A stretch of DNA of 38,361 nucleotides from Frankiales bacterium (lineage in GTDB: Bacteria > Actinomycetota > Actinomycetes > Mycobacteriales > SCTD01), in the NCBI GenBank assembly GCA_025966295.1, contig JAOPVD010000330.1, positions 1 through 38,361 on the forward strand, read 5' to 3'. This document shows positions 15,710 to 24,969 of this stretch, in pieces (the first letter of the stretch is position 1; every line of letters starts with the position of its first letter). The notes under the pieces are model-generated. The model did not search any database, was not told the DNA's origin, and saw only the letters and a program-made list of their open reading frames with translations. The position numbers and the translations under genes were made by a program.

Positions 15710-16525
15710 TCACTGCTCGCGGAAGACGCCGCCCAGGTGCAGGAGCAGCACGCCGCCGCCGACCAGGATGAACACCCACGACAGCAGCGTCGAGGTCCCG
15801 TCACCGGTCAAGGGCAGCTGGGCCGGGCCGGCGACCGCGACCGTCGGCAGCTTGCCGCCGGTGGCGACCCCCGGGCCGGTGACCGCCCCGCCGCCGATGT
15901 CCACCGTCACGACGGGGGGCACGGCGGTCGGCTCCACGCTGGGCTCCACGCTGGGCTCCACCGTCGGGTCCACGGTCGGGTCCACGGTCGGCTCGACGGT
16001 CGGCTCCACCGTCGAGTTCGTGGTCGGGTTCGTGGTCGGGTTCGTGGTCGGGTTCGTGGTGGGCACGGTCTCCGGCTCGGCGCAGAAGCCGTCGTGGCGG
16101 TCCACGTGGAAGATGCCGAACAGCACCGCCTGGCCGTCGGGCGTGGTGAAGAACGGCTTGTACTTGCCGTCCGCCAGCCAGATCTTGCCGCTGTTGCCCT
16201 TGCCGTCCGCGCCGACGACCATCGTGCCGGCACCGTGCGGGTTGTGCGTCTTGTACTGCGAGGCCCTGGCGAAGGCGTAGGAGACCGTGGAACCGGGGGC
16301 GAACCCGACGGCGTCGAGGGAGAAGTCGCAGACGTGCAGCTCCGGCTCGCTCTCGTCGAAGGCCGGGCCGATCCGCTGCACCTGGAGCTCGCCGTCCGCG
16401 GCCGCCCTGGTCGACGCCGCAGCCGGCGGCGTCAGCAGGAGCTGCGCGCTCCCGAACACGATGAGCAGCACCGCGGCACCGCTCGTGAACACCGTTGTGC
16501 TGCGTCGTCCGCGCATCCTCGTCAT
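15710..16525 (-). CDS. LPXTG cell-wall-anchored surface protein with Thr/Pro repeat stalk
   Basis: 271 aa. N-terminal signal/TM segment (VFTSGAAVLLIVFGSAQLLL). Repeats TTNP x4 and (E/D)P(T/S)V x7. The C-terminal sorting signal is LPLTG plus a hydrophobic stretch plus REQ. Confidence 0.8.
   Translation of the reverse strand: MTRMRGRRSTTVFTSGAAVLLIVFGSAQLLLTPPAAASTRAAADGELQVQRIGPAFDESEPELHVCDFSLDAVGFAPGSTVSYAFARASQYKTHNPHGAGTMVVGADGKGNSGKIWLADGKYKPFFTTPDGQAVLFGIFHVDRHDGFCAEPETVPTTNPTTNPTTNPTTNSTVEPTVEPTVDPTVDPTVEPSVEPSVEPTAVPPVVTVDIGGGAVTGPGVATGGKLPTVAVAGPAQLPLTGDGTSTLLSWVFILVGGGVLLLHLGGVFREQ
15930..16061. repeat. 11 tandem 12-bp units inside the LPXTG gene
   Basis: GGCTCCACGCTG-type units x7 and GGGTTCGTGGTC-type units x4, in frame. 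They encode the EPTV/DPTV/EPSV and TTNP repeats. Confidence 0.9.
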
Positions 16526-16628
16526 GTCCCCCCCAAGGTGCCGTGACGGTACGAGCGGTGGCCCCCGGGCGCACCATGCGCTCCGACGTAGCCAAGTACG
16601 TCGATCGGGCTAAGCCGACCTACCGCTC

Positions 16629-17363
16629 CTACGTCAGCAGCGGGAGGAAGGCACTGAGGTCGGCCCGCTCGCCGCTGGCCCGGATGCTGCCGTCGCGCAC
16701 CAGCTCCGCCCAGCTCTGCCGGCCGGTGGCGACCCGCACCCAGGCCACCGGAGCGGCCTCCACCACGTTGGGCGGGATGCCGCGGGTGTGCCGCGGCCCC
16801 GTCAGGCACTGCACCGCCGCGTACGGCGGGACGCGGAGCTCCACGGTCCTGCCGGGGTGCGCGTCCGCGAAGGCCCGGGCCAGCTCCTTGACGACGATCT
16901 TGAGGGCCCGCCGGTCGGGGGTGATACCGGCGTCCAGGCCGTGTACGACCGCTTCGACGAGCCGGAACAGCGCGGCCTCCTTGAGCGTGTGCCGGCCGGT
17001 CAGCTGCTCGACGACGGTGTCCTCGCCGTACTGGACGAGGGCGGCGGTGGCTGCGTCGGCGTGCGGGGCGAGGGCCAGCCGCTCGGCCTTGGTGCTCCGG
17101 TCCATCTCGGCGGCCAGCCCCGGCAGCCGGGCGGCCCAGTCCGCCACCCCGCCGCCGTCCGCCGGGCCGGTGCTGCCGTACGCGGCGATCCGGGCCAGGC
17201 TGCGGGCGGTCAGCGCCAGGTGGCTCTCGAGGTCGGCCACGGTCCAGCCGGCGCAGTCGGTGGGACCGGACGGGTCCAGCTCGGCGAGGGCGCCGACGAG
17301 CACGCCGTACTGGGCGGTGAGTGCCGTCCGGACGTCATCGTGAGCCGGGCCCTTGCCGGCCAC
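16629..17363 (-). CDS. Sterol-carrier-family protein with N-terminal DinB/MDMPI-like domain
   Basis: 244 aa, GTG start 1 nt after the purL stop. The N-terminus (CAGWTVADLESHL) resembles the mycothiol maleylpyruvate isomerase N-domain. The C-terminus reads VELRVPPYAAVQC...SIRASGERADLSAFLPLL. Confidence 0.7.
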   Translation of the reverse strand: MAGKGPAHDDVRTALTAQYGVLVGALAELDPSGPTDCAGWTVADLESHLALTARSLARIAAYGSTGPADGGGVADWAARLPGLAAEMDRSTKAERLALAPHADAATAALVQYGEDTVVEQLTGRHTLKEAALFRLVEAVVHGLDAGITPDRRALKIVVKELARAFADAHPGRTVELRVPPYAAVQCLTGPRHTRGIPPNVVEAAPVAWVRVATGRQSWAELVRDGSIRASGERADLSAFLPLLT

Positions 17364-17364
17364 G

Positions 17365-19641
17365 CTAGGGCAGCGCGGGAGCAGCCGGGGCGGCGGCGGT
17401 GGCGCCGGCCAGCGGGCCGAACAGCGCCGGCAGCGTCGACTCGTGCGCGGTCCGCAGCTCGTCGAGGTCGACCGTCAGGACGTCCTGGACCTCGAGCGTG
17501 GTGCCGTCGGTGACGCCGATGCGGGTGAGCGGCAGGCCGCGGGCGCTGCACATCTCGGTGAAGCGCAGCTCCTCCGAGCGCGGCACCGACACGAGCACCC
17601 GGCCGGCCGACTCGCTGAACAGCTGCACGAACGGGCTGAGCCCGGCCGGCAGCACCACGCGGGCACCGACGCCCCTGGCCAGCGCGCTCTCGACCAGGGC
17701 CTGCGCCAGGCCGCCGTCGGACAGGTCGTGGGCGGAGGACAGCATGCCGTCCCGGGAGCCGCTGACCAGTACCTCACCGAGGACCTTCTCGCGCTGCAGG
17801 TCGACCTGCGGCGGGGTGCCGCCGAGGTGCCGGTGCAGCGCCCAGGCCCACTCCGAGCCGCCGAGCTCGTCCCGGGTGTCGCCGAGCAGCAGCAGCACCT
17901 CGCCCTCGGTCTGGAAGCCCATCGGGGTGCGCCGGCTGACGTCGTCGAACAGCCCCAGCACCCCCACCACCGGGGTCGGGTTGATCGGCGTACCCGCGGT
18001 GGAGTTGTAGAAGCTCACGTTGCCGCCGGTCACCGGAGTGGCCAGCGCGGTGCAGGCCTCGGCCAGCCCGCGGGTGGCCTCGGCGAACTGCCACATCACC
18101 TCGGGGTCCTCGGGCGAGCCGAAGTTCAGGCAGTTGGTGACCGCGATCGGAACGGCGCCGGTGGCGGCGACGTTGCGGTAGGCCTCGGCGAGCGCGAGCT
18201 GCGCGCCCGCGAACGGGTCGAGGCGGGTGTAGCGGCCGTTGCCGTCGGTGGCGAGCGCCACGCCCAGGCCGGTCTCCTCCGACAGCCGGACCACGCCGGC
18301 GTCCTCCGGCCAGGCCAGCACCGAGTTGCCCAGCACGATCCGGTCGTACTGCTCGACCACCCAGCGCCGGCTGCACAGGTTGGGGCTGGCCACCATCTGC
18401 AGCAGCAGCTCCTTGGTCGCCTCCGGGTACGGCGGGAGGCTCGCGCTCTGGAGCGCGTCGAGGTCCGCCGGGCGGCTCATCGGCCGCTCGTAGACCGGGC
18501 CGTCGTCGGCCAGCGTGCCGGGGACGACGTCGACCACGGCCTCACCGTGCCAGAGGACCTGCAGGCGGTCGCCCGCGACGACCTCGCCGATGGCGGTGGC
18601 GATGACGCCCCACTTCTCGGCGATCGCGAGGACCTTCGGGAGGTTGTCGGGCGTGACGATCGCGAGCATCCGCTCCTGGGACTCGCTCGCGAGGATCTCG
18701 GTCGGGTCCATCGTCGCCTCGCGCAGCGGCACCCGGTCGAGGTGGGCGACCATCCCGCTCTTCCCGGCGGCGGAGGTCTCGGTGAGGGCGCAGGTCAGGC
18801 CGGCACCGCCGAGGTCCTGGATCCCCTCGACGAGCTGGGCGTCGAAGATCTCGAGGCACGCCTCGATGAGCAGCTTCTCGGTGAACGGGTCGCCGACCTG
18901 CACCGCCGGCCGGTTGGCCGGGCCGTCCTCCTCGAAGGTGGCGCTGGCCAGCACGCTGACACCGCCGATGCCGTCCCGGCCGGTCTTGGCGCCGAGCAGC
19001 ACCACGATGTTGCCGACGCCCCTGGCGGCGCTCAGCTGGATGCGGTCCTTCGGCATGACGCCGAGGCAGAGCGCGTTGACCAGCGGGTTGCCCTGGTAGC
19101 TCGGGTCGAAGACGACCTCACCGCCGACGTTGGGCAGGCCCAGGCAGTTCCCGTAGCCGCCGATGCCGGCGACGATCCCGGGCAGGACGCGCTTGGTGTC
19201 CGGGTGGTCGGCGTCGCCGAAGCGGAGCGGGTCCATCACCAGGACCGGCCGGGCGCCCATCGTGAGGATGTCGCGGACGATGCCGCCGATCCCGGTGGCC
19301 GCGCCCTGGTACGGCTCGACGTAGCTCGGGTGGTTGTGCGACTCGACCTTGAAGGTGACCGCGAGGCCCTCACCGACGTCGACGACGCCGGCGTTCTCTC
19401 CCATGCCGACCAGCATCCGGTCGCCCTTGGGGATGTCGCCGAACTGGCGCAGGTGCACCTTGGAGCTCTTGTAGGAGCAGTGCTCGCTCCACATGATCGA
19501 GTACATCGCCAGCTCGGACTGGGTCGGCCGGCGGCCGAGGATGGCCTTGATGCGGGCGTACTCCTCGTCCTGCAGGCCGAGCTCGGCGTACGGCTGCTCC
19601 TCGTCGCTGGTCGACTCGGCGTTCTTGACGGTGTCGATCAC
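17365..19641 (-). CDS. purL: Phosphoribosylformylglycinamidine synthase subunit PurL
   Basis: 758 aa starting from the GTG at 19641 ([23 protein letters not shown]...[14 protein letters not shown]). Also ESHNHPS and GGNVSFYN. The start overlaps the purQ stop (GTGA). The upstream 166 aa of the ORF are junk. Confidence 0.92.
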   Translation of the reverse strand: MIDTVKNAESTSDEEQPYAELGLQDEEYARIKAILGRRPTQSELAMYSIMWSEHCSYKSSKVHLRQFGDIPKGDRMLVGMGENAGVVDVGEGLAVTFKVESHNHPSYVEPYQGAATGIGGIVRDILTMGARPVLVMDPLRFGDADHPDTKRVLPGIVAGIGGYGNCLGLPNVGGEVVFDPSYQGNPLVNALCLGVMPKDRIQLSAARGVGNIVVLLGAKTGRDGIGGVSVLASATFEEDGPANRPAVQVGDPFTEKLLIEACLEIFDAQLVEGIQDLGGAGLTCALTETSAAGKSGMVAHLDRVPLREATMDPTEILASESQERMLAIVTPDNLPKVLAIAEKWGVIATAIGEVVAGDRLQVLWHGEAVVDVVPGTLADDGPVYERPMSRPADLDALQSASLPPYPEATKELLLQMVASPNLCSRRWVVEQYDRIVLGNSVLAWPEDAGVVRLSEETGLGVALATDGNGRYTRLDPFAGAQLALAEAYRNVAATGAVPIAVTNCLNFGSPEDPEVMWQFAEATRGLAEACTALATPVTGGNVSFYNSTAGTPINPTPVVGVLGLFDDVSRRTPMGFQTEGEVLLLLGDTRDELGGSEWAWALHRHLGGTPPQVDLQREKVLGEVLVSGSRDGMLSSAHDLSDGGLAQALVESALARGVGARVVLPAGLSPFVQLFSESAGRVLVSVPRSEELRFTEMCSARGLPLTRIGVTDGTTLEVQDVLTVDLDELRTAHESTLPALFGPLAGATAAAPAAPALP

Positions 19642-20309
19642 TTGGCGACCAGTGCCTTCAGGACGGAGGTGAAGAAGCCCAGGCCGTCGGTGCCCGGCCC
19701 GGTGAGGTCTTCCACGGCGTGCTCGGGGTGGGGCATCAGCCCGACCACGTTGCCGCGCTCGTTGGTGATGCCGGCGATGTCCCGCAGGCTGCCGTTCGGG
19801 TTGCCGCCCTGGTAGTAGGCCACCACCCGGCCCTCGGCCTCCAGGGCATCGAGGGTCTTGGCATCCGCGACGAAGCAGCCCTCGCCGTTCTTGACGGGGA
19901 TGGTGATGACCTGGCCCGCCTCGTAGTCCGACGTCCAGGCGGTCGCGGCGTTGGCGATCTCGAGCTGCTGGTCGCGGTGCACGAAGTGCAGGTTCTGGTT
20001 GCGGGTCAGCGCGCCCGGCAGCAGGTGGCTCTCGCACAGCACCTGGAAGCCGTTGCAGATGCCGAGGACCGGCAGCCCGCCCTTGGCGGCGTCGACGATC
20101 GTCGGCATCACCTGCGCGAACCGGGCGATGGCGCCGCACCGCAGGTAGTCGCCGTACGAGAAGCCGCCGGGCAGGACCACGGCGTCCACGGCGTGCAGGT
20201 CGCTGTCGGCGTGCCAGAGGGGTGTCACCTCCGCGCCCGCCAGTCGGGCGGCGCGCTGCGCGTCGCGGTCGTCGAGGCTGCCGGGGAAGGTGACGACGCC
20301 GATCTTCAC
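19638..20309 (-). CDS. purQ: Phosphoribosylformylglycinamidine synthase glutaminase subunit PurQ
   Basis: 223 aa. It begins [11 protein letters not shown], with the catalytic GICNGFQ and MPHPEH triad motifs. Confidence 0.92.
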   Translation of the reverse strand: MKIGVVTFPGSLDDRDAQRAARLAGAEVTPLWHADSDLHAVDAVVLPGGFSYGDYLRCGAIARFAQVMPTIVDAAKGGLPVLGICNGFQVLCESHLLPGALTRNQNLHFVHRDQQLEIANAATAWTSDYEAGQVITIPVKNGEGCFVADAKTLDALEAEGRVVAYYQGGNPNGSLRDIAGITNERGNVVGLMPHPEHAVEDLTGPGTDGLGFFTSVLKALVAK

Positions 20310-20319
20310 TTGCGCAAGC

Positions 20320-20817
20320 CTACCGGGGCGCGGGCGCGTCCTCGAGGTGCTCGTCCCGGGACCACGGCCCGTCGCTCATCTGCCCCTTGCCGAGCCGGGT
20401 GATGACGGCCCCGCTCTGCCAGGTCAGCTGCTTCTCCAGGTGCACGACGGTGCCGAGCGCCGGCTTGGTGGTGAACTCCAGCCGGTCCACCAGCGCCCGC
20501 ATCAGCTGGATGCCACGGCCCTCCTCGGCGTGCGGCTCGGCCTCGGCCAGCCCGTGCAGCGAGCCGTCGAAGCCGCCGCCGCGGTCGAACACCTCGATCA
20601 CGCACTGGCCGCCGTTGATGCCGGCCGACACCTCGTACTCGTCGGCGCCGTCAGCGTGGTCCAGCACGTCGGTGCAGGCCTCGGTGAGCACCACCTCGAT
20701 GTCGCCGATGGTGGCCTGCTCGATCTCCAGCGTCTCCAGCGAGGCCTTGAGGATCCGTCTGACGACGGGGACGGAGAGCTGGTCGCGGGGCAGAGCGAGC
20801 GTCAGCTTGATCTCCAT
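20320..20817 (-). CDS. ATP-binding anti-sigma-factor-like protein (RsbW/SpoIIAB-type HATPase_c)
   Basis: 165 aa. Motifs [20 protein letters not shown] and [16 protein letters not shown] are typical of RsbW-type serine kinases. The stop is 10 nt before the purQ start. Confidence 0.75.
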   Translation of the reverse strand: MEIKLTLALPRDQLSVPVVRRILKASLETLEIEQATIGDIEVVLTEACTDVLDHADGADEYEVSAGINGGQCVIEVFDRGGGFDGSLHGLAEAEPHAEEGRGIQLMRALVDRLEFTTKPALGTVVHLEKQLTWQSGAVITRLGKGQMSDGPWSRDEHLEDAPAPR

Positions 20818-20866
20818 GCCGGGGGCCTACCCGCGGCAGCCGCAGGTTTACCCGCCCCCTCCCCGC

Positions 20867-20926
20867 CGATCATGGAACTTGTGCTCACTTGCTGAGCGTG
20901 CGGGGCGGGCAACAACTCCATGATCG
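20867..20926 (+). repeat. 60-bp palindromic intergenic element, copy B
   Basis: CGATCATGGAACTTGTGCTCACTTGCTGAGCGTGCGGGGCGGGCAACAACTCCATGATCG, between the divergent RsbW-like gene and purS. Confidence 0.9.
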
Positions 20927-20960
20927 CCGGGCAGTCGGGGGCGCTCGGTAGGCTGCTGGC

Positions 20961-21209
20961 GTGGCCGTGCACAAGATCCTCGTCGACGTCATGCTCAAGC
21001 CGGAGATCCTCGACCCGCAGGGGCAGGCGGTCGCCAACGCGCTGCCGAACCTCGGCTACCCCGCGCCGGTGGGCCTGCGGATCGGGCGGCACGTGGAGCT
21101 CGCGCTGGAGGCGGCCGACGCCGACGCCGCGCTCGAGCAGGCCACCAAGATCGCGGACACGCTGCTCGCGAACCCGGTGATCGAGGACTACACCGTCCGC
21201 CTGGCCTGA
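20961..21209 (+). CDS. purS: Phosphoribosylformylglycinamidine synthase subunit PurS
   Basis: 82 aa. ILVDVMLKPEILDPQGQAVANAL...VIEDYTVRL is the PurS signature. GTG start (20961, alternative 20967). It is on the opposite strand to purQ-purL. Confidence 0.88.
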   Translation: MAVHKILVDVMLKPEILDPQGQAVANALPNLGYPAPVGLRIGRHVELALEAADADAALEQATKIADTLLANPVIEDYTVRLA

Positions 21210-21212
21210 CGC

Positions 21213-22088
21213 TCAGGCGGCCTGCTGGGCGCGGCGCACCGCCGCCAGCACGGTCTGCACGATCTGCGCCTTGCGCAGCCGCAGGTCCTCGGCGGAGAAC
21301 CTGAGCACGACCCAGCCGGCGGCTACCAGGGCGTTCTGGCGCTGCCGGTCGCGGGTGAACACGTCCGCGCGCTCGTGCACCGCGCGGCCGTCGTACTCCA
21401 CCGCGATCCGCAGCTCCGGGAACGCGAGGTCGACGCGCGCCAGCCAGTCGCCGTCCGGCCCGAACACGTCGTACTGCGGCACGGGCGCCAGCCCGGCCTG
21501 GACGAGCAGCAGCCGGACCCGTGACTCCGGCGGCGACTCCGCCCGCGGGTCCGACAGATCCAGTACGTCGCGAGCCTGCCGCACCCCGCGGAGCTTGGCG
21601 TGGGCCAGGAGCTCGTCCCGCAGCTGCTGCTCGGTGCACAACCGGGCGCGCCGGCTGGCGTCCGCCACCACGACCGCCTCGGCCAGCGGCAGCCGGCGCA
21701 GCAGGTCGGCGACCGCCCGGGTCGGCCGCAGGCACCGCACGTCGTGCAAGCGGTACCGGTCCCGGCGGGGCAGCGCTGCCTCGCGGACCCGCAGTCCCTG
21801 CCGGCGGGGGACGACAACCCCGCGCGGCACCACGCACTCGAGCACCGGCGTCCCAGGCGGCAGCACGTCCACCCCGAGCAGCCAGAGCAGGCAGCGGTCG
21901 GCGACGTAGGCGTGCGCCGGCAGCAGCCGCTGCGCCGCGCGGGCGCGCACCACCAGGTCCAGGACGACGCCGGCGGGGACGTAGGCGCCGTACATCACCC
22001 GGCTCCACGCACCCGTCGCCAAGGCCGTGTCCAGCGCCCGCCGGCCGCCGAGACGGACCAGCAGCTCCGGCCGGGTGAGGACCTCCAT
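21213..22088 (-). CDS. DUF559 (Vsr-like endonuclease fold) protein with AbiEi-like N-terminal region
   Basis: 291 aa starting from the ATG at 22088 (MEVLTRPELL...). The C-terminus VDLAFPELRIAVEYDGRAVHE...NALVAAGWVVLRF is the DUF559 pattern. The extra 29 N-terminal codons in the ORF track run into repeat C, so I did not include them. Confidence 0.75.
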   Translation of the reverse strand: MEVLTRPELLVRLGGRRALDTALATGAWSRVMYGAYVPAGVVLDLVVRARAAQRLLPAHAYVADRCLLWLLGVDVLPPGTPVLECVVPRGVVVPRRQGLRVREAALPRRDRYRLHDVRCLRPTRAVADLLRRLPLAEAVVVADASRRARLCTEQQLRDELLAHAKLRGVRQARDVLDLSDPRAESPPESRVRLLLVQAGLAPVPQYDVFGPDGDWLARVDLAFPELRIAVEYDGRAVHERADVFTRDRQRQNALVAAGWVVLRFSAEDLRLRKAQIVQTVLAAVRRAQQAA

Positions 22089-22146
22089 GCCCGGGAGCCT
22101 GCCGCGCTGACGTGCTGCGCTGCTGGGGCCGTCCACACCCCCGCGC

Positions 22147-22206
22147 CGATCATGGAGTTGTTGCCCGCCCCGCACGCTCAGGAGGTGGGCACAAGTTCCA
22201 TGATCA
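22147..22206 (-). repeat. 60-bp palindromic intergenic element, copy C (inverted relative to A/B)
   Basis: The reverse complement TGATCATGGAACTTGTGCCCACCTCCTGAGCGTGCGGGGCGGGCAACAACTCCATGATCG differs from copy B at about 4 of 60 positions. It starts 16 nt downstream of the purC stop. Confidence 0.9.
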
Positions 22207-22221
22207 GCGAGGAACCGGGGG

Positions 22222-23112
22222 TCAGGACTGGCGGAGGTAGCTGTCGAAGCTGCTGCCGGTCAGGAGCTCGTAGGCCTCGACGTACTTGGCCCGGGTCTGC
22301 TCCACCACCTCGTCCGGCAACGCCGGGCCCGGCTCGGTCTTGTCCCAGCCGGCAGCGGACAGCCAGTCGCGGACGTACTGCTTGTCGTACGACGCCTGCG
22401 CCCGGCCGGGCTCCCAGGACGCCGCCGGCCAGAAGCGGGAGGAGTCCGGGGTGAGCACCTCGTCGCCGAGCACCAGGGCGCCGTCGCGGAGCCCGAGCTC
22501 GACCTTGGTGTCCGCCAGGATGATGCCGGCCTTCTCGGCCACCTCCAGGCCACGGCCGTAGACCCGGAGCGTCACGTCCCGCAGCTCAGCGGCGAGCGCG
22601 GCGCCGACCTGGGCCACCACCTCGTCGTACGTCATGGGCAGGTCGTGCTCGCCGACCGGCGCCTTCGAGGTGGGGGTGAAGATCGGCGCGGGCAGCCGCG
22701 AGCCGTCGACGAGACCTGCCGGCAGGGCCACCCCACTGACCAGCCCGGTCCGGTGGTAGTCGGTCATCCCGCCGCCGGTGAGGAAGCCGCGGGCCACGCA
22801 CTCGACCTGCACCATGTCCAGGCGCTGGACCAGCACCGAGCGGCCGCGGACCTGCTCGGCGAACGGCTCCAGCGCCGGGAGCGCGCCCACCACGTCGGCC
22901 GTCACGACGTGGTTGGGCACCACGTCGGCCAGCTGCTCGAACCACCACAGCGACAGCCCGGTGAGGACCGCGCCCTTGTCCGGGATGCTCGTCGGCAGGA
23001 TCACGTCGTACGCCGAGAGCCGGTCGCTGGCCACGAGCAGCAGCTGGTCGTCGCCGACGGCGTACAGGTCGCGGACCTTGCCGGAGTGGACCAGCGGCAG
23101 CGGGAGCGTCAC
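22222..23112 (-). CDS. purC: Phosphoribosylaminoimidazole-succinocarboxamide (SAICAR) synthase
   Basis: 296 aa. Motifs GKVRDLY, ASDRLSAYD and ILADTKVELG. The GTG start overlaps the purB stop (GTGA). Confidence 0.92.
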   Translation of the reverse strand: MTLPLPLVHSGKVRDLYAVGDDQLLLVASDRLSAYDVILPTSIPDKGAVLTGLSLWWFEQLADVVPNHVVTADVVGALPALEPFAEQVRGRSVLVQRLDMVQVECVARGFLTGGGMTDYHRTGLVSGVALPAGLVDGSRLPAPIFTPTSKAPVGEHDLPMTYDEVVAQVGAALAAELRDVTLRVYGRGLEVAEKAGIILADTKVELGLRDGALVLGDEVLTPDSSRFWPAASWEPGRAQASYDKQYVRDWLSAAGWDKTEPGPALPDEVVEQTRAKYVEAYELLTGSSFDSYLRQS

Positions 23113-24416
23113 GACAGCGCGGCCAGCCGCTCGAAGACCGGCGCCAGCCGCTCCAGGTAGCGCTCCGGCCGGCAGACCTCGTCGAGGCGGGCCTCATCGA
23201 GCTGCTTGCCGGCGGCCTTGGCCTGCGCGGTGAGGGTCTCCCGGAACGGCGTGCCGGTCTCCCAGGTCTGCATCGCGGCGGCCTGCACGAACGCGTAGGC
23301 GTCCTCGCGCGACAGCCCGCCCTCGACCAGCTCCAGCAGCACCGTCGAGGTGTAGATCAGCCCGCCGGAGGACTCCAGGTTGAACCGCATCCGGTCGGTG
23401 TCGACGACCAGGCCGGTCACCAGCCGGGTGGTCAGGTGCAGCAGGTAGTCGGTGGCGATCGAGGCGTCCGGCAGGCAGACCCGCTCGGTCGAGGAGTGCG
23501 AGATGTCGCGCTCGTGCCAGAGCGGGATGCCCTCCATCACCGGTACGACGGCCGCGCGGACGATCCGGGCCATGCCGGCGATCCGCTCGCTGGCGATCGG
23601 GTTCTTCTTGTGGGGCATCGCCGACGAGCCCTTCTGGCCCTTGCCGAACGGCTCCCACAGCTCGCGGACCTCGGTGCGCTGGCCGTGCCGCACCTCGAGC
23701 GCGAACGACTCGCAGACCGTCGCCAAGATGGCCAGCGCCGAGACCCACTCGCTGATGCCGTCGCGGATGACGACCTGGGTGGCGGCGTCGGCGGGCTTCA
23801 GGCCCAGCCGCTGCGCGACGGCCTGCTCGACGCCGCCGTCGATGTTGGAGTAGGTGCCGACCGCGCCGGAGATCTTGGCGATCGCGACGGCGTCGCGGGC
23901 CCGCTTCAGGCGGTCCCGGCTGCGGGCCATCGCGAACGCGATGTCGGCGACCCGGTGGCCCCAGGTGGTGGGCTCGGCGTGGATGCCGTGCGTGCGGCCG
24001 ACCCGGACCGAGTCCTTGTGCGCCAGGCCCAGGTCACGCAGCGCGGCGACGAGGGTGTCGGCCTTGGCCAGCAGGATGTCGGTGGCCTCGACCAGCTGCA
24101 GCGCCAGCGCGGTGTCGAGCAGGTCGCTGCTGGTCATCCCGAAGTGCACGTAGGCGGCCGCCTCGCGCGGCGTGGTGTTGTCGGCCCAGGCCGACAGGAA
24201 CGCGATGACGTCGTGCTGGGTGACCGCCTCGATCTCGGCGACCGCCTCCGGTGTCGGGGGCTTGGCCTGGCGTACCGGCTCGACGCTGTCGGCGGGCACC
24301 GTGCCGGCGGCGGCGTGCACCTCCAGCACCAGCGTCTCGACCTGGCACCACAGCTCGTACTTGTGGGCCTCGCTCCAGACCCTCCCCATCTCGGGCAGGG
24401 TGTAGCGCTCGATCAC
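23109..24416 (-). CDS. purB: Adenylosuccinate lyase
   Basis: 435 aa. Starts MIERYTLPEM, with the fumarate-lyase signature GSSAMPHKKNP. GAGGAG lies 5 nt upstream of the GTG. Confidence 0.92.
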   Translation of the reverse strand: MIERYTLPEMGRVWSEAHKYELWCQVETLVLEVHAAAGTVPADSVEPVRQAKPPTPEAVAEIEAVTQHDVIAFLSAWADNTTPREAAAYVHFGMTSSDLLDTALALQLVEATDILLAKADTLVAALRDLGLAHKDSVRVGRTHGIHAEPTTWGHRVADIAFAMARSRDRLKRARDAVAIAKISGAVGTYSNIDGGVEQAVAQRLGLKPADAATQVVIRDGISEWVSALAILATVCESFALEVRHGQRTEVRELWEPFGKGQKGSSAMPHKKNPIASERIAGMARIVRAAVVPVMEGIPLWHERDISHSSTERVCLPDASIATDYLLHLTTRLVTGLVVDTDRMRFNLESSGGLIYTSTVLLELVEGGLSREDAYAFVQAAAMQTWETGTPFRETLTAQAKAAGKQLDEARLDEVCRPERYLERLAPVFERLAALS

Positions 24417-24477
24417 AGGTGCTCCTCAGGTACGGCGACGACGTCGCTCCCCATCCTCCCAGAGCCGCCGACGGGCA

Positions 24478-24969
24478 CTAGCGGATGGCGGCCTTCTCGA
24501 AGTCGTCCTTGAAGCGCCACACCCGGCGGCGCAGCTCCGGGTCGCCGACCGCCAGCACCTGTACGGCGAGCACGGCGGCGTTCAGGGCGTTGTCGATGCC
24601 GACCGCGGCCACCGGCACCCCCGGCGGCAGCTGGGTCAGCCCGAACAGCGCGTCCTGGCCGTCCAGGGCCCCGGCCGACAGCGGTACGCCGACGACCGGC
24701 AGCGCCACGTGCGCGGCCACGATGCCGGCCAGCGCGGCGGACCCGCCGGACCCGGCGATGACGACCTCGATGCCGCGCGGCTCGAGCTCGCCCATCCACT
24801 CCGCCAGCGCCCGCGGGGAGCGGTGCGGCGACATGCAGACCTCGTCGTACACGACGCCGAAGCGCGCGAGCAGCGCGCCGGCCTGCGCCATCTGGTCGTG
24901 CTCGGCCGGGCTGCTGTAGATGATCGCGACACGCGGGGTCCGCTCGTCGCCGTCCAGCACCTGCGTCAT
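24478..24969 (-). CDS. purE: PurE-family protein (AIR carboxylase / N5-CAIR mutase fold), divergent
   Basis: 163 aa that aligns along the full PurE length ([29 protein letters not shown]). The GSxSD loop reads SSPAE, SAHR reads SPHR, and AAHLPG reads SAALAG. The ATG overlaps the purD stop (ATGA). Confidence 0.7.
   Translation of the reverse strand: MTQVLDGDERTPRVAIIYSSPAEHDQMAQAGALLARFGVVYDEVCMSPHRSPRALAEWMGELEPRGIEVVIAGSGGSAALAGIVAAHVALPVVGVPLSAGALDGQDALFGLTQLPPGVPVAAVGIDNALNAAVLAVQVLAVGDPELRRRVWRFKDDFEKAAIR

Noticed and set aside
16586-16605. Small perfect hairpin CGACGTA-GCCAAG-TACGTCG between the sterol-carrier gene and the LPXTG gene, as a possible terminator.
   Set aside because: It has only a 7-bp stem, an AT-containing sequence and no U-tract. 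It could equally be chance, so I did not list it as a feature.
22147-22206. The 60-bp repeats translate to a recurring peptide (PIMELLPAPHAQEVGTSSMI and PAPHAQEMGNSSMI on plus-strand frames, AIMELLPAPHAQQVSTSSMI from copy B on the minus strand). This hints at a conserved micro-ORF.
   Set aside because: The equivalent frame of copy A contains an in-frame stop (ATC ATG GAC TGA). No consistent start or RBS is present. The conservation is explained by the nucleotide palindrome itself.
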